This document shows positions 40,023-53,600 of a DNA stretch of 64,000 nt, piece by piece. Each line of letters starts with the position of its first letter. The first letter of the stretch is position 1. A program made the position numbers and the translations under genes. Source of the stretch: Sphagnum compactum (Eukaryota); the NCBI GenBank assembly GCA_965153455.1, contig OZ234494.1, positions 9,796,001 through 9,860,000 of the forward strand. Reading direction: 5' to 3'. The notes under the pieces are model-generated. The model saw only the letters and a program-made list of their open reading frames with translations, had not been told where the DNA came from and ran no database searches.

Positions 40023-41871
40023 CCGTCCCAGTCTTCAAAGAAATTTAAAACTCACTTCCTAGTTGGGTCTGGGTATGAGGAGGTTTTTCTTTGCAAAATT
40101 CTTCTTCGCCAGACTCGTGGGAATACTTGTTTGTATAATGAAATTCATATTGGTATGAAAACTGGGTTTTGGTGCTAATATGATTGTTGCTTAGAAGCCA
40201 TGATTTAAAGTTGAAAAAAGTATTCAATCCTCTTCAACAACACTACTATACTCCAGTTCAACCTCACATGCATTGAGCAATTTTTGCTTCTTGGCTGAAA
40301 AATTCAGTGATATCCTTTTGGATTACATGATCAAGAATCGACAGGCTAGTTCTTATATGTATCATAGTTCTAGACTATTAAGGTTGCCTAGCCCAAGTTT
40401 ATGATGCCTTAAACTTGTTCAAATTCTAGCAAGACTAACTTAGATGTGCTTCATCTCAAGTTGTCAGCCTATACCGTTCCAAACTTGTTTTCCAAGGAAT
40501 CCAATAAGAACAAAACATGCTTTCATGGTTTTTCTACCAAGTGAGTGGACACATTACATCTTTCAAAGATACCACAAGTTGACAAAACAAAGATACCTCA
40601 AAAATGAGAAATGTCTCACTTAGTATAAAAATATTCTTCCATATTCACTTGTGCATAGAACACTCACACATACATGGTGTACCAACAACTCTACCCATGT
40701 ATTCTTGTTGTGTAAGCTTCACCAAGATGGCCTTAAACCTTGAAACCAACACATTTGACAACAACCCCTAATCATGAGTTTGGTTCAACACACATTGTTA
40801 AACTATGAGATTTAAAGGTTCTATAACAACTCAAGCAATAGCTAGCCCAAGTCAAGCCACTAAAAATGTGCACTTGAAGTTGCGAAGATTGTTCCTATCC
40901 TAGATGTTAATTGCATCAACATATATAAAAGTTTTCTCAAATAAGACAACCTTTGAAGGAATGAAATTTTCATTAGTGTCTTCAATTTGCGATGTGGGCA
41001 AATAAGCTTCCACATATGCATTATCCTGTTGTTGCTACCTTTTAGCTGAATTCTTAAACATCTTTCAATGGAACCTTTTGCATCTCTCGAGAAACTTTTT
41101 CTTCAATAGTTGCACATTAAGAATATTTTTCACATAAGATGGTCAAAATATCATAAAAAATTATGTTTTTTTTTTTTTTTTTTTTTTTTTGTGATTGCAA
41201 CTTTGCAATTATAAAAAAAAATTCCCAAAAAATAAATAAAATTTGAATTATGATATTCACATGGTGATTTTTCAAAGTTGCAAGGCTTCAATTTTAAGCA
41301 TTGTCCACTCCTTAAGTGGCTCCGTCTTTGTTTTTTGATACTGTAAAGCCCTGTTTCGTCCCCAATTTGAGTGTGGGTGGTAAAGTGAGCAAAACTGGGT
41401 AGTACAATTTAATTGAAACTGAGTATCAGTTCCCAAGATTTGCAGGATTTTATTCTGACAAGACTTTGATTTGATGAAGAGTTCAGTCGGCAGTATAAGG
41501 GCTCAGGTAGGGCAAATCCAAAACAGGGGATGAAACTCCACTGTCATAACAAGCACCCCTCCCCCACCTTACACTAGTTTGGTTCCCTCTTGATGTTGTG
41601 TATTGTTTTCATCGTACTTTTAAATTTATCCCCAATTTCGGGCAAATTCAAAACTGGGGACGAAAATCCTCTGACAACAAATATCATAGAAAGCCCACTA
41701 GTTTGATACCCTCTTGATTTTGTGTGTATTATTTCCATCATGACTTTTGAATTCACCCCCAGTTTTGACAAAACTGGGCTCAGTACTCCCAGTTTGAGGT
41801 ACTTTGAGGTGAACACTACTAATAACTATGAAAGATATATGTAGTTAGTTAGCTTCGCAATTTATGCACAC

Positions 41872-42306
41872 CTAATAACGTCCCTAAATTAGGTTAAATT
41901 ATTAATAACATCCCTAAATTGAGGTTAAATAAATAATAACGTTCTTAAATTGAGGTTAAATTTGATAACATCCCTAAATTAAGGTTAAATTATTTGTATC
42001 CTCCCTAATTGAGGTTAAATGACTAAAACATCCCTAAATTGAGGTTAAATGATTAAGAACATCCGTAAATTGAGGTTAAATGATCAATAACATCCTTAAA
42101 TTGAGGTTAAATGATTAATAACATCCCTAAATTGAGGTTAAATGATTAATAACATCCCTAAATTGAGGTTAAATGATTAATAACATCCCTAAATTGAGGT
42201 TAAATTATATTAATAACATCCCTAAATTGAGGTTAAATCATTAATAACATCCCTAAATTGAGGTTAAATCATTAATAACATCCCTAATAATTTAACCTCA
42301 ATTTAA
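41872..42306. repeat. Minisatellite, ~31-bp unit, ~14 copies, terminal inverted half-unit
   Basis: (aataacatccctaaattgaggttaaatgatt)n; ends with atttaacctcaattta, the reverse complement of the core. Confidence 0.92.
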
Positions 42307-43731
42307 CCCAACATTCCTAATAATTTATGTGCCCAAGGTGAAGAAAAAAAATTCTCAAGAAGAAAAACAACACATACATACACACACAAATTCTGAAAGA
42401 TGAAAACAAAACTGACCATTCCTCCTCTGAGCATACGACTGGCGAGAGAGAGAGAGCGATTGATTTCATGATGAAGCTCAGACGAGGCCAAATAGAGCTG
42501 CCATAGCATGTGTGGTTTCTGCCGGAGATCAGAGAGAGAGAGAGACAGAAACAACAAATTGTGAATAGATCGGAAGTAGAAGAAGCAAAGCATGGAAGAA
42601 GCAGAAGAAGAACAACACCAAGCCCAAAATCAAGTCGGCTCCACTGACTAACTGACTACCCCCCTTCCCCAACCCCTCGCTTGCCCGCCCCCCAGGCCCT
42701 CCTGACTCGTGACGTAAAATCCACAACAACTTGCCGGACATGAATTTGGGTTGGTTGGCCGACCCATAAGCCCCCGCCCCCCTTCTTCACCCGAGCCCTT
42801 GAACTTTCAGTCAAAGTATATTTTACAAACACCCAAAACTGGCGGTGCCGGTCGGTCATTTCTTTTATGATTACAAAAACATGGGGGGGGGATCCAAACC
42901 GTGTGATATGCTCTTGTGATATGACACTGAACTTATGAACATTTTAGAGTATGATCGCTTTGAGAAATGGACCCTAGTAGCTTGGCCATTTCTTTACTAG
43001 TTTATAAATAAATAAAAATAAATAAATAAATATGTATGTTGTAGAAATGTTGAAATTTTCAAGAATATTTTTTTTAAACGAAAATCATTTTGTGAAGGAA
43101 ATTTGATAAGTTTTTGATTGAAGAAGTATTCGAGAATATCTATTATTTCAACATGTAGTCATTTTTTCAAAATTAGTTAGTTATTTTTCGTATGCAATTG
43201 CATTGGTTGTCAAATTTATTTATTTATTTATTTATTTATGTTGCTTTGGGGTCATTCAGTGATCTTTCTTTGAAGTTGAAACAAGATATATTTTAGTACA
43301 ATTGACAAGACCGTTGTCCAAATTTTTGTTAGCAATAAAGTTTGTGAACAAACCCTAAGATTTATTTGTGAGCTTGTTGTTGGTGCCTAGTCGAAGGTAA
43401 ACCAATTTGGTCGTATTTGTGAGTGAGTTCGTTAGCACAGCAACCACTTAATTACGAGCCCAGCCCACACACTCTGGAGGAGAGTTTGTTAGTGGCAAGT
43501 TAGTTAGTGATGAGCAATTGACCTTTTTGATCTGATTGCACAGACAAGACAAAGATAAGCTGCTTATTATTATTAGTGGAGGAAACTGGAAACCTCTAGA
43601 GCGGAACTTTCTCTTTCTCCAGTTCCCAATGTGCCCATAAGAGCTATACATCCATTTTCTCCTTCCACAAAAGATTTGCTCAAGGTTAAGTAAGTACTAA
43701 GTACCTATAAGAAAGAAAGAAAGAAGGGGTG

Positions 43732-44057
43732 TGTCACACTGTGGCCTGGTCATTTACATTAAAGAAGTATCTTAAGGCAAAAGACGAATTTATCTATCGA
43801 AACTCGAATATTTCACCATGCAAAAATTATAATGTTCAAAAAATTTCTCCTTGAAACAAAACCAAAATCCTTCAAGATATTATAACTCTATAACTAATCT
43901 CAGGTTTCAACACAAGCCAAAATATTATGTTTCAAAAATCCTCATATAAAAATAAACCTATTGTTACCTAGGGGCCACCAAAATCCCTTCAGCTACTATA
44001 CTCTATAATGAATCCAAACACAATAATCGTTGCCTTGGTAGTATGCAAGGCCAATAA
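43732..44057 (+). repeat. LTR-like repeat copy 1 (3'-truncated)
   Basis: Starts TGTCACA after purine-rich aagaaggggtg; aligns with 45414-45735 (identical core aaaatccttcaagatattataactctataactaatctcaggtttcaacacaagcc). Confidence 0.75.
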
Positions 44058-45413
44058 ACTTCCAAAAGCAATATTTACTTTTTTCTGAATTAGCAAAGTA
44101 CCACCAAAACAAAACACAGATTGAATCAAAATAGATGATACCCACAACCTTGCGCAATTGGTGAGTTGCAATTACATTCATGATATTATTATGACCTTTT
44201 TTAGTGTTATGTTTTAAGCACATGGCCTTCATGTTCTTTGCTTCTAGTTTCCTTTTACTCAATTAAAATGAGAACCAAAATCATTGATAATATTAGAGCA
44301 TCTCTATGGCCACTCCCTATTTGAGAATCCACCAATGTTTGCCGTATCCAACCTAAAGTGTCCATTATTTCCCCATCCCCACTCATGGACATGGTTTCTT
44401 TTTTCAACTTTTTTGATATGAAAAATTTTGACAATTTTTTTTCCCAAAAAATAGCAAAATTAGTCAAGTTCGTAACAACAACAACAACAAAAAAAAAAAC
44501 TTATTTTCCCCAATCTTTTTGTTGAAAAATGACAAAATTTGTTGGAAAACAAAAACTGCACATAAAATACTCTGTAAAGGGTATTATATTGGTATGGGTG
44601 AAGATGTTGGACAATAGTGAAATGCAAAAGAAAGAGGCAAGTAATAGCCAACTACCTTGTACAGAGAATGCAGATGCTTCAACCCCAAGCTGCCTTGCAA
44701 AAGCATATCTCTATTTTTTCAAATTATAATTCTCTTAGTTAATTACGTGAACATTTACAGTAAAAAGAATTGATTGAGGGACTTAGTGTGCAACCCATTG
44801 TCTGATTAATTTATTAATCACCGATTAGTGGGGAGAGCACTGGTATTGTTAGAAAATTAGAATCCAAAACTAAGGGTTCACTGATGAAGTGGCAGCATAT
44901 GTTGTTAAATGTGAAAACGGTGACGATTGTCATCCAAAATTGATAAGCCAATTGATGGCCTATGTGATAATTGTTTTCAATTATGGGTAAAATGGGCATG
45001 TGTGGAGTTTGCTTCTTCATGACGATTTGTCATAAGCTTTTGGCAACTGGAATATCAATCAATTTTTGTCTCTCATCAAATGCTGGCTTGTATCCAGTGA
45101 AAGTTAGAATTGGGTCATACATGGTACCACTTCAGAACAATATCTTGTGCTTATCGATAGCATCATCATAATCAATTTGAGCTTGTGGCAAATTAGCTTT
45201 TTTGGGTGGATTTGTGAAATTTCTCATTGATGAAATTCGATATCCAAACTCGCAGCTGATTGCAGTATTGCAGAGTAGTTTGAAAAGTACGACACTTGGG
45301 GGTGCATACTTGGAAAAGGGACCGCTTGTTGGTTTCTTCTAAAGCCCACTCTCCCTCACCCTTATAATTGATTAATTAATTATGTCCATCTTTGACCATA
45401 TGAACAAGGAGTG

Positions 45414-45752
45414 TGTCACACTCTGGCCATAAAAACTTATCTTAAGGCAAAAGAAGAATTATGGAAACTCAAATATTTCACCATGCAAAAATATAAGCTT
45501 CAAAAAATCCTCTAACATAAACCCAAAATCCTTCAAGATATTATAACTCTATAACTAATCTCAGGTTTCAACACAAGCCCAAATATCATCTTTAGAAAAA
45601 TCCTCATATCAAAATAGACCTATTACCTAAGGGCCAATTTAATCCCTTAATCTACTAGGGTTTAGGGTTCTAAACCCTAGAATTCTCTAGAATGCATCTA
45701 AACAGAAAATCCTTGCCTTGGTAGGCAAGGCCAACAAGTGTTACTTGTGACA
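45414..45752 (+). repeat. LTR-like repeat copy 2 (solo-LTR-like, TGTCACA...TGTGACA)
   Basis: 7-bp inverted termini with TG..CA ends; direct repeat of 43732-44057. Confidence 0.75.
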
Positions 45753-47859
45753 AAATGAATCCCTCCTCTCTGGAGGTTGATTGTTCACTCTTTCGTATTT
45801 TCTAGGTATGGGCTGCATTTGGAGCATAGTATTTTGCTATCTAATTATGAATGGAATAAAATGTTATCATCTACCCTTAATGTAAATATAAGTGAAATAA
45901 AAATCTCAAATTATATTTCTCGGTGCCTTTTTATTTTATTAATATTTTCAAGCTTGGGTGTAAGGCTGTTCCTAATTTATTTTCTAGACGGCTATTAATT
46001 TCACCTCGAAAGAAAGAGATGAAACAACATATTTTAATTTTGAACTGATGTCAATTTTGGTAAATATGTACTTAAGTGACTCCGCAATGGTCCCTGTGGG
46101 TTGTGATAATGGATCGATGTGAACTGCAAACACACAATCAACGAGAAAGTAGTAGTCAGGTACACACACACAACTTACACCTTGGAAGGAAACAATTTTT
46201 AAAAAATAAATAAATCATGAATTTTGTGTTGTTTCCTTCAGGCAAGTTGCTGACAGACAGACAGGACTCTGCAAGTAACATGCCAATGTACATTCAGACC
46301 AGTTCCATCCCTTTGTTGATTGAGTGAAGATGGGAGAGGGGGGGGTGTGGGGCGGGGCGGCAAATGAATTATAAATGTGAGGCTAGCCAAGTCCTTCCCA
46401 TCCTGTGCCCCACACCAACTGAAGAATCATCTAGTTGACGGGGGATGAGCATTTTGCTGTTTGTGATGTGTAAAGCACCAAAGCAAACGACAGCAATAAC
46501 ATCATCAACAACAGAAGGTTTAGTTGGGTAGTTGGTTGGACCAGCAACCCACATATTATAAAAGGAACAAGAAGAAGAAGAAGAAGAAGAAAATAAAAAG
46601 GAATAAATTAATAATAAAAAATACTCAGAATAAAACACCCAGCTAGCCTGCCAAATTTGTTGTCATGCAGTTGTAGGGCAATGTAAGAGAAGCATGTAAG
46701 GGACATGAAAGGGAAAGCTTTTAGCAGAATTTAGATAGGTGTAAGTAAGTAGTACTTACATGATTTGAGAGAAAGCTCAATTGTGGGAGCCCTGGAAGAT
46801 TTAGAAGCAAGTAAGTATATATATATATATATATGTCCATGGCTCCTCTTGACTGCTGCACTTGATGTGCAAAAACACTCCTCATTTGAATTAGTTGGCT
46901 CCCTTGCTCATGGCGCATGTGTGTTGAGAATTTTACCAATGCAATAGTTTCAATTGCAATCTAGTTTTACTCCCAAGTTTGTGACAGTTCAAAGCTGCTC
47001 CAATACTATTCATGTAGCATTAGCCGCAACCTTTTGTGGATTAATTCACAAACTTTAGATTAACTGTGTAAACCCAACTCAACAACTTCTCAAATACTAA
47101 GCGTTCTATTGGATTAAGTACAATGCATTTTGTAATTGCTTGAAAAATTACAAGCGTTTGTTGTGCAATTAACGTGCCGCATGTAGGTTAAGTTTTGTTC
47201 ATATTTCATTTACTTTATTTGGAACATGAATAAAACATATTATTTTTTCAGTTCATTCCTTTCACAACAAGGTTCTTGTTCTCTAGAGTCTTCATACAAA
47301 ATTTTGTTTTTGTCTAAAATCTTCACCACAAATGTTATCTACATGTGAAACCATCTTAAAGCATTCATTTGAAAGGAGTGGTATATACTGCTTGAAACAA
47401 ATTTCATATGTGTATGATAAAATGCACCAATTTAGGTTGTCCAAAGCCCTCTCCACCAAAGACCATTCCAATTACAACGACACCGGTTGGGAATACAAGG
47501 GCCCAATATAGCCCTTACGAAGTTGTGTAATGTACAAATGAATAATAAAACATGTATGTAATTATTAGGTCACAAAAGTCATATGCTTAAGTTCCTTACC
47601 ATATAGTATTATAAACTATGGTTGAATCATATTAACCTACTTGCACACAAATTACCATGTCAATCAAGGCAATTGAGAATTAAATCAAAGGGAAAAATTG
47701 TGTGAGAAAATGTCTTGGTGGAGGTTAACTTAATGTCTATTACCATCTCTACACATGTACAAAAAATTGAGGGAATTTGGCACCATATGTGGTGAGGAAT
47801 TTTGGCATCATGGGTTTTGCACACATCCATCTCAAGTAGGTGAATACAGTTTTAATGAG

Positions 47860-50200
47860 CTTGAAATGCAGATTTTTCAAAGCAATGGCAACTCGGCATT
47901 CTCTAAACCTATGAGCATAAACCATTGAGACTCGATCAATATACCTTTCATCAGTGTCCACCTTTCCTTGATCCAAATGGTGTGTACAAACTTTCTAGAT
48001 TTGCACTATGAGAAACTCTTCACACAAACATGGAATTGTCTTACATAAAATGAAGTCTGGAAACACCAGTGCAAAAGCAAAGGGTCTTTAAAATCATGCT
48101 TCAATAGTGGGACTTACTCAAGAGTGCAGAAAAACCATGGCATACAGTAAATAGCCTAGCAACAGACTTGTGAAGTGGCAGCAACAATCTAGTTCATGGG
48201 TCGGAGGCAGAGCCCACCAAGCTCATGAAAGAATCAAATAAAACCATGACAGAAATTTACATTCCTACCGATTTGTGCACCAACTGGACTTTCATAGTGT
48301 AGGATGTCATAAAAAGTGAAGACAATGATAAGTAGCAAGCTGTGAAGATGGTTTTGTTACAAGTGGCCTAGAGCTTACTTGCACATTGCCCAGAATGAAA
48401 TTTTCCCACCTTCCCTCTTCAAGTCTAATTTGTACAACAAACACCTGCACCAGATTCAAAAACCAAATGTGATCGTTGTTGCACTTGTCTTGGTACTTGT
48501 ATTCATCTTACATAATCCTTGACTATTCAGCAAAATCAATTCCACTACTTTCAATTCATCACGATTGTCTGCTCATTCACAGCACTTGGTTTAGAATCAA
48601 TATTAAGAAAAATGACAAGGATGATGATGATGATGATGATGATGCAATGGTTGTTGATGTCCACAAGGTTAAATAAAACATTGATGTACTTGACACATTA
48701 TCCTGTTTCTCAAACACATGGATATATACAACTTGTGAAGTACACAGAAATGTCTTCTCCTCCAATTATGCAAAGTCCCTTTTGATGACAACCATTTCAA
48801 TTCAGCTGAAAGTATAGAACCCTCATCAAGCTGAATCTATCACACACATCCCCCAAAACATTTCACTACCATCACAGTCACAAAGAAGTAGAAGAGTTGG
48901 AGCTCAATTCTGGCAGTTTGTAATCCATTTCCTTTTCACCGTTGCATGCATATTGATTCTCTGCTACTCAACACCAAGTGCAAAATCCTACACTAAGAAT
49001 TATACGTGAGATTCAAGTGCTTTGAACATCTGAAGGGACTCTCTCATAATCTAGCAGTTTTTTGGAGTATTAGATTTTGGCTGCAAGAATGGAAATATGG
49101 GCAACACATTATCACAAACTATGCAGGTATTCTTCTAAGGGATGTGCATAGATCATTCAGGATAGACAAGGAGGAGGAGATAGCATCCCAATGACCATTC
49201 TTCTCTTGTGTTCTCTATGAAATGAAATATATTTCAGGGATGATTCAAATTGTTGACATGAAAAAGACAAGTTCTACTGAAGCCAAAAGTGGAGTAAATG
49301 GGGAACTTGTGATGGGGGATTTTTTGAAAACTAGATTCAGCATGAAAATGTGAGTGAGGATTTTGCATTTACCTTTTTGCTGAAGCTAAGGAAAGAGGAG
49401 TGACACTTGATTGTCTTATTTTTGAAGATGAGAATTGAGGGAAGCTTTATGGAACTATTTTGAGGCAACAAGGAAGGGTCCATTGCATGAATTTTGTTGC
49501 TTTGTGTGCTTTGATTGTGTTATACAAGTGGGTGTTTATTTTCTTGCATTGACGCCAAGCCACCAAGATGAGGACAAATTTACAAAAACAACTATGGAGG
49601 AGATGCATGTGGGTGGGTTGCCAATGCTTGTGAGGAAGGATTTAAGGAGGTTGGTGATGGCATTGAGAAGGAGAGAATACACAAAGTTCTAGAGAAAATT
49701 AGTGAAGTTCTTCGAGTTGTGTGTTGATTTTTGATAGAGCTACAGCCAAAAGTCTTCCCATGATTCTTCACCTTCCTTCAAGCGAAAAGTCTGTTGCTGG
49801 CTTCTTCTTTTTCTTCTTCTTCCGATGATTATGATGATGATGATGATGAAGAGGAGGAGGAGGAGGAGAAGGAGGAAGAGGAGTTTCAGCCGCATCTCCA
49901 GGAGCTCATGACATATCTCTTTTGGGAGTCTGCGGCAACTCGAGGAAGGATTCTGCGTCTTGTTGATACACTGGTTTTGGCAAAATGGGGTAAGTGTGAC
50001 GCGACGAACCTACAGGAGCTGCTGCGACCATTCTTGCCTCTTCCTCATTTCCAAAAGCCACCTGAATGGAATCATCACCAACCCATGAATCTTGTTCTTG
50101 TTCTTGTTCTTCCTTTTCCTTGCATGATCGATTGTTGCCATCAACGCTCTGAAACATCTCTATAAAGTCTTCTGGGTCTAGTACCATCCAAAATTCTCTC
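47860..50200 (-). pseudogene. Probable degenerate gene divergent from the SLC4 gene (acidic/Pro/His/Lys-rich N-terminus, possible MYB-like remnant)
   Basis: Frame MVLDPEDFIEMF...PKRDMS*APGDAAETPLPPSPPPPPLHHHHHHNHRKKKKKKPATDFSLEG ends at donor AG|GTGAAG (~49770) and has one in-frame TGA (49906-49908). Downstream exon-like pieces lie at ~48445-48380 and ~48005-47945 (IKERWT..DERY). Identity is uncertain. Confidence 0.3.
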
Positions 50201-50650
50201 TGCAATTCGAAATTGTATTCTAGTGTCGTCCTTCATGAATTAGCAATGGAGATTTCGCAACAAGAAGCGAAGAAGAAGAAGAAGAAGAATAAGACGAAGA
50301 AGAACCAAGTCCTCTAGTGGAATTTTGGGATTCTCGGAGTCGGACGAATGACATGCGGCATGATGACACTACTGAATTGTTGTTGCAGCAACTGTTGTTG
50401 ATCACAAGATTCTGCGACAGTTTTACCATCGGAGACGAGCTCGGAACGTCCTTGAGTATCATCATCGCCTGCTGAGAAACAAAGCCTTCAAGGATCCAGA
50501 GGAAGAAAAACTCAAGCAATGCAGGTGCATTCAAATCTCTCTCTCTCTCGAGCTCTGCTTTCCTCAATGTTCTCCAGGACTTCAGTCAGTCTTGTAGTGT
50601 TCTTGTACAGCAAACTGTTTGGCACGAAGAAGTTGTTCTTCGCGCAAAAC

Positions 50651-53600
50651 ATGGAGAAGCTCCTTGTGGGTGGAAGTGGATTTGCTTGGATGGCTGCTCT
50701 TGTGCAACTGAATTCTTTGCAAGTGTGTGAATTCCGTCCTAAACTTGTGATTGCACAGAAATTATTGTTTCCTGCTCTGCCGCAAGGATCGTCGGCGGTT
50801 GTTTTTGGCCGCGCTATTTCTGCACAAACACCAGCCTGCAATTCACAATGCTACCGCAACAGCAGCAGCAACTACGACTTCTCCCCCATCTTGCAGCAGC
50901 AAAAGGGTGCAGCAAAAGGAAGAATGCGGCCACAGAAGCTCTTGAGCATGCAGCTTCATCTTCTTGGCACCCAATGTTGTGCATCTTGTGAATCCTCCTC
51001 ACGCTCCTTAAGCTACAGAAGAAGTATCTTCAATGGACGATACGGACAATTTCCCGGGACACATTCTGCAACAATTCTTCCCCGAGAAGTAGGAGAAATG
51101 ATTCAACAAAGAAGCAAGCAATTCGCACAAGTTCGAAGAGTTAAGTGCTCAGCTACTGTAGATGGTCGAAGTCCATTGGAACAAAACTGGCAACAATCAG
51201 AAACCAGCATCAGAGAAGAGAAATGGTCCCAATCTCAAGGTTCTGAGCTTCCTCCTCCTTCTCCTCCTCCTCCTCAATTTGCAGCAGGAGCAGCCATCTT
51301 GAAGGAGCTTCACCAAAGACTTCCCTCATATGCAACAGATTTTGCAGATGGACTGCATCCCAAAGCTGCTGCTGCAATTGTTTACATGACCTTTGCATGT
51401 TTAGCACCATGTTTTGCCTTTGGCGGGTCAGTTCAATCTCTTCTTCTTCTTCTTCTTCAGAAACAATGCTCTTGATAGGCTAAGTTTACCTCAGATTCTT
51501 GAGCCAACAAAGTTCTGCTGTACATAAGCTTGCATGTCAATCTTCTGTGACCATGTCTTTGTTCACAACTGCAAGCTAGATCAATTTCTGTGACAACAAT
51601 TGTGAATATTGAGTCTTACATCACGGATCATGCAAGGCTCTGTACAGAGAATTCATCACATGATTTCAAGTCTTGATTCTTGGTGTTCTCTTTGTCTTCT
51701 TCCACATTTATTGCTATTGAAAGCTAAATTTCAAATGTTTTCTCAACAAGGTTTTGATCCAGATTCCACTGTGGGAAACTTGTAAATGTCACAGGATGAT
51801 AGCACGTCTCACTGAATGTCAAATGGGACTTGTGGAGACAATCATCAGCTGTTCAGGTGCATAGTCTCTCTTTCTAGAATTGCAGGCTCAGGAAGATGAT
51901 GAAGAGAAACTGATAACCAAGTGAACACTTTGTACTCAAAACAAATCATTAACTTCCCCATAAAGTCCAAGGAAGAAAACAGAGTTTCATACCAGAAGAA
52001 AGAGATGGGTGGGAAGAAGAATGGAAACACTGATAATGATGTACATGTAAGCAGGAGCAAAGTCTCCAAGGTTCAAAAGGAACATTTTGAATGTTGTTCT
52101 GTTTTCTGATCCATGCAGTATCAGGAAGCTTGTACTCACTGCTAGCTGCACAGCCACTCACTCTGCTTGGACCAACTGGGTTCATGGTTGTCATCACTGG
52201 TCTGCTTTACAAGGTACTCAATTGTCAGTGTGATTATGGAAGAGGAATGGAAAGTCAGGACTGCACATTTAGGTTTAGGGTTTGGAGTTTATCTTCTTGA
52301 TAAGACTTATCAGGAGTGTACTATCACATTGCTAATTTTTGCTTGAACGTGTGTGTGTGTGTGTGTGTGTGTGTATGTATTTAGGTGACAACGCAGGCTA
52401 TGGTGCCATTTCTTCCTGTCTATGGTTGGGTGGGCATTTGGACATGCTTCTTTCTTTCCTGTTTGGCAGCAGTGGAGGCCAGCAATGTGGTGAGATATAT
52501 ATACTCTAATCCTTGTTGAACATTTTGTGCAATTCATCATTTTTTTGTTGTATCTGACAGAACTTTGGTCTTAGAGCATTTGATTTACATGATTGCTGGT
52601 GAATTTTCAAGAATGTGAAAGTTCCTGAAGTCTGTGCTTCTTTGCAGCTTGTGAACTATTTGACTCGGTTTGTGGATGAGACATTTACGGCATTTATCTC
52701 TATTGGCTTCATGTCTGAAGCTTTTAAGGTAAAATTTCCAGAAGTGCAGGTTGAATCAGCTTCACCATCTTTGTCAATAGCTCACAAGGTTCAAAAGATT
52801 TGCTTACATGCAATTTTGATTGCATGCTGCAAACTATGAATTGGGTTAATCATGTAGCAATTTTTGTTGCAGGGAATAGGAAATTTATTCAAGCCCGCAA
52901 GCCCTTTTCCGATAGAGACTGCCTTGTTGTCGTTTCTTCTAGCAGGAGGAACATTCACTCTGGCAAAACTTCTAACTCAGGTCACTAACGCCCCCACCTT
53001 ACTTGTACAACTTTGACTGCATCTTCAAGTCTATCTGATAGTGCCAATCAAGTCATTACTCTTGAGTTCAGAGCTTGTGCCACTTACTCTTTTGGAAAGT
53101 CTGGCTATGGAGGTTTTTAGTCTTGCCTTCTTTTTGTGAACCAAAAACCTCTATTTTGAAAAAGACTGCAGCTACGAGCGACACGCGTGCTACTGCTACA
53201 GCCTGTTGCGGGAGTACTTGCAGATTTTGGAGCACCCTTGGCCATTCTAACAATGTCAATGGTGGGTCCAATCCTCTTCCCAATGATTCCCTTGCCAGCA
53301 ATGCCAGCTCCACCAACTATCTCCACAACTGTCAGTCGCCCATGGCTGGTACCGCTTTTCAGCCTTCCAGGATGGGCAGTTGCTGCATCTGCCATTCCAG
53401 CAGCTTTTGTCAGTCTTTTGATCTTTCTTGATCAGGTAAAGAAAACTCTTAGATTTCTTGGGTGATAAAGTTCCTTATGCTAAATTGGGTTTCCACACAA
53501 CATTGATCCTGATGAATGCAAAACTGTACATTCAGACACAAACTTGGAGATCATGCTCTGAATGTTTTAGCTTTGAGACATTTGGTGCAATTTTGCCAAC

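Noticed and set aside
41872-42306. CRISPR-like regular ~31-bp repeats
   Set aside because: Units are contiguous with no unique spacers, there are no cas genes and the context is eukaryotic: a minisatellite.
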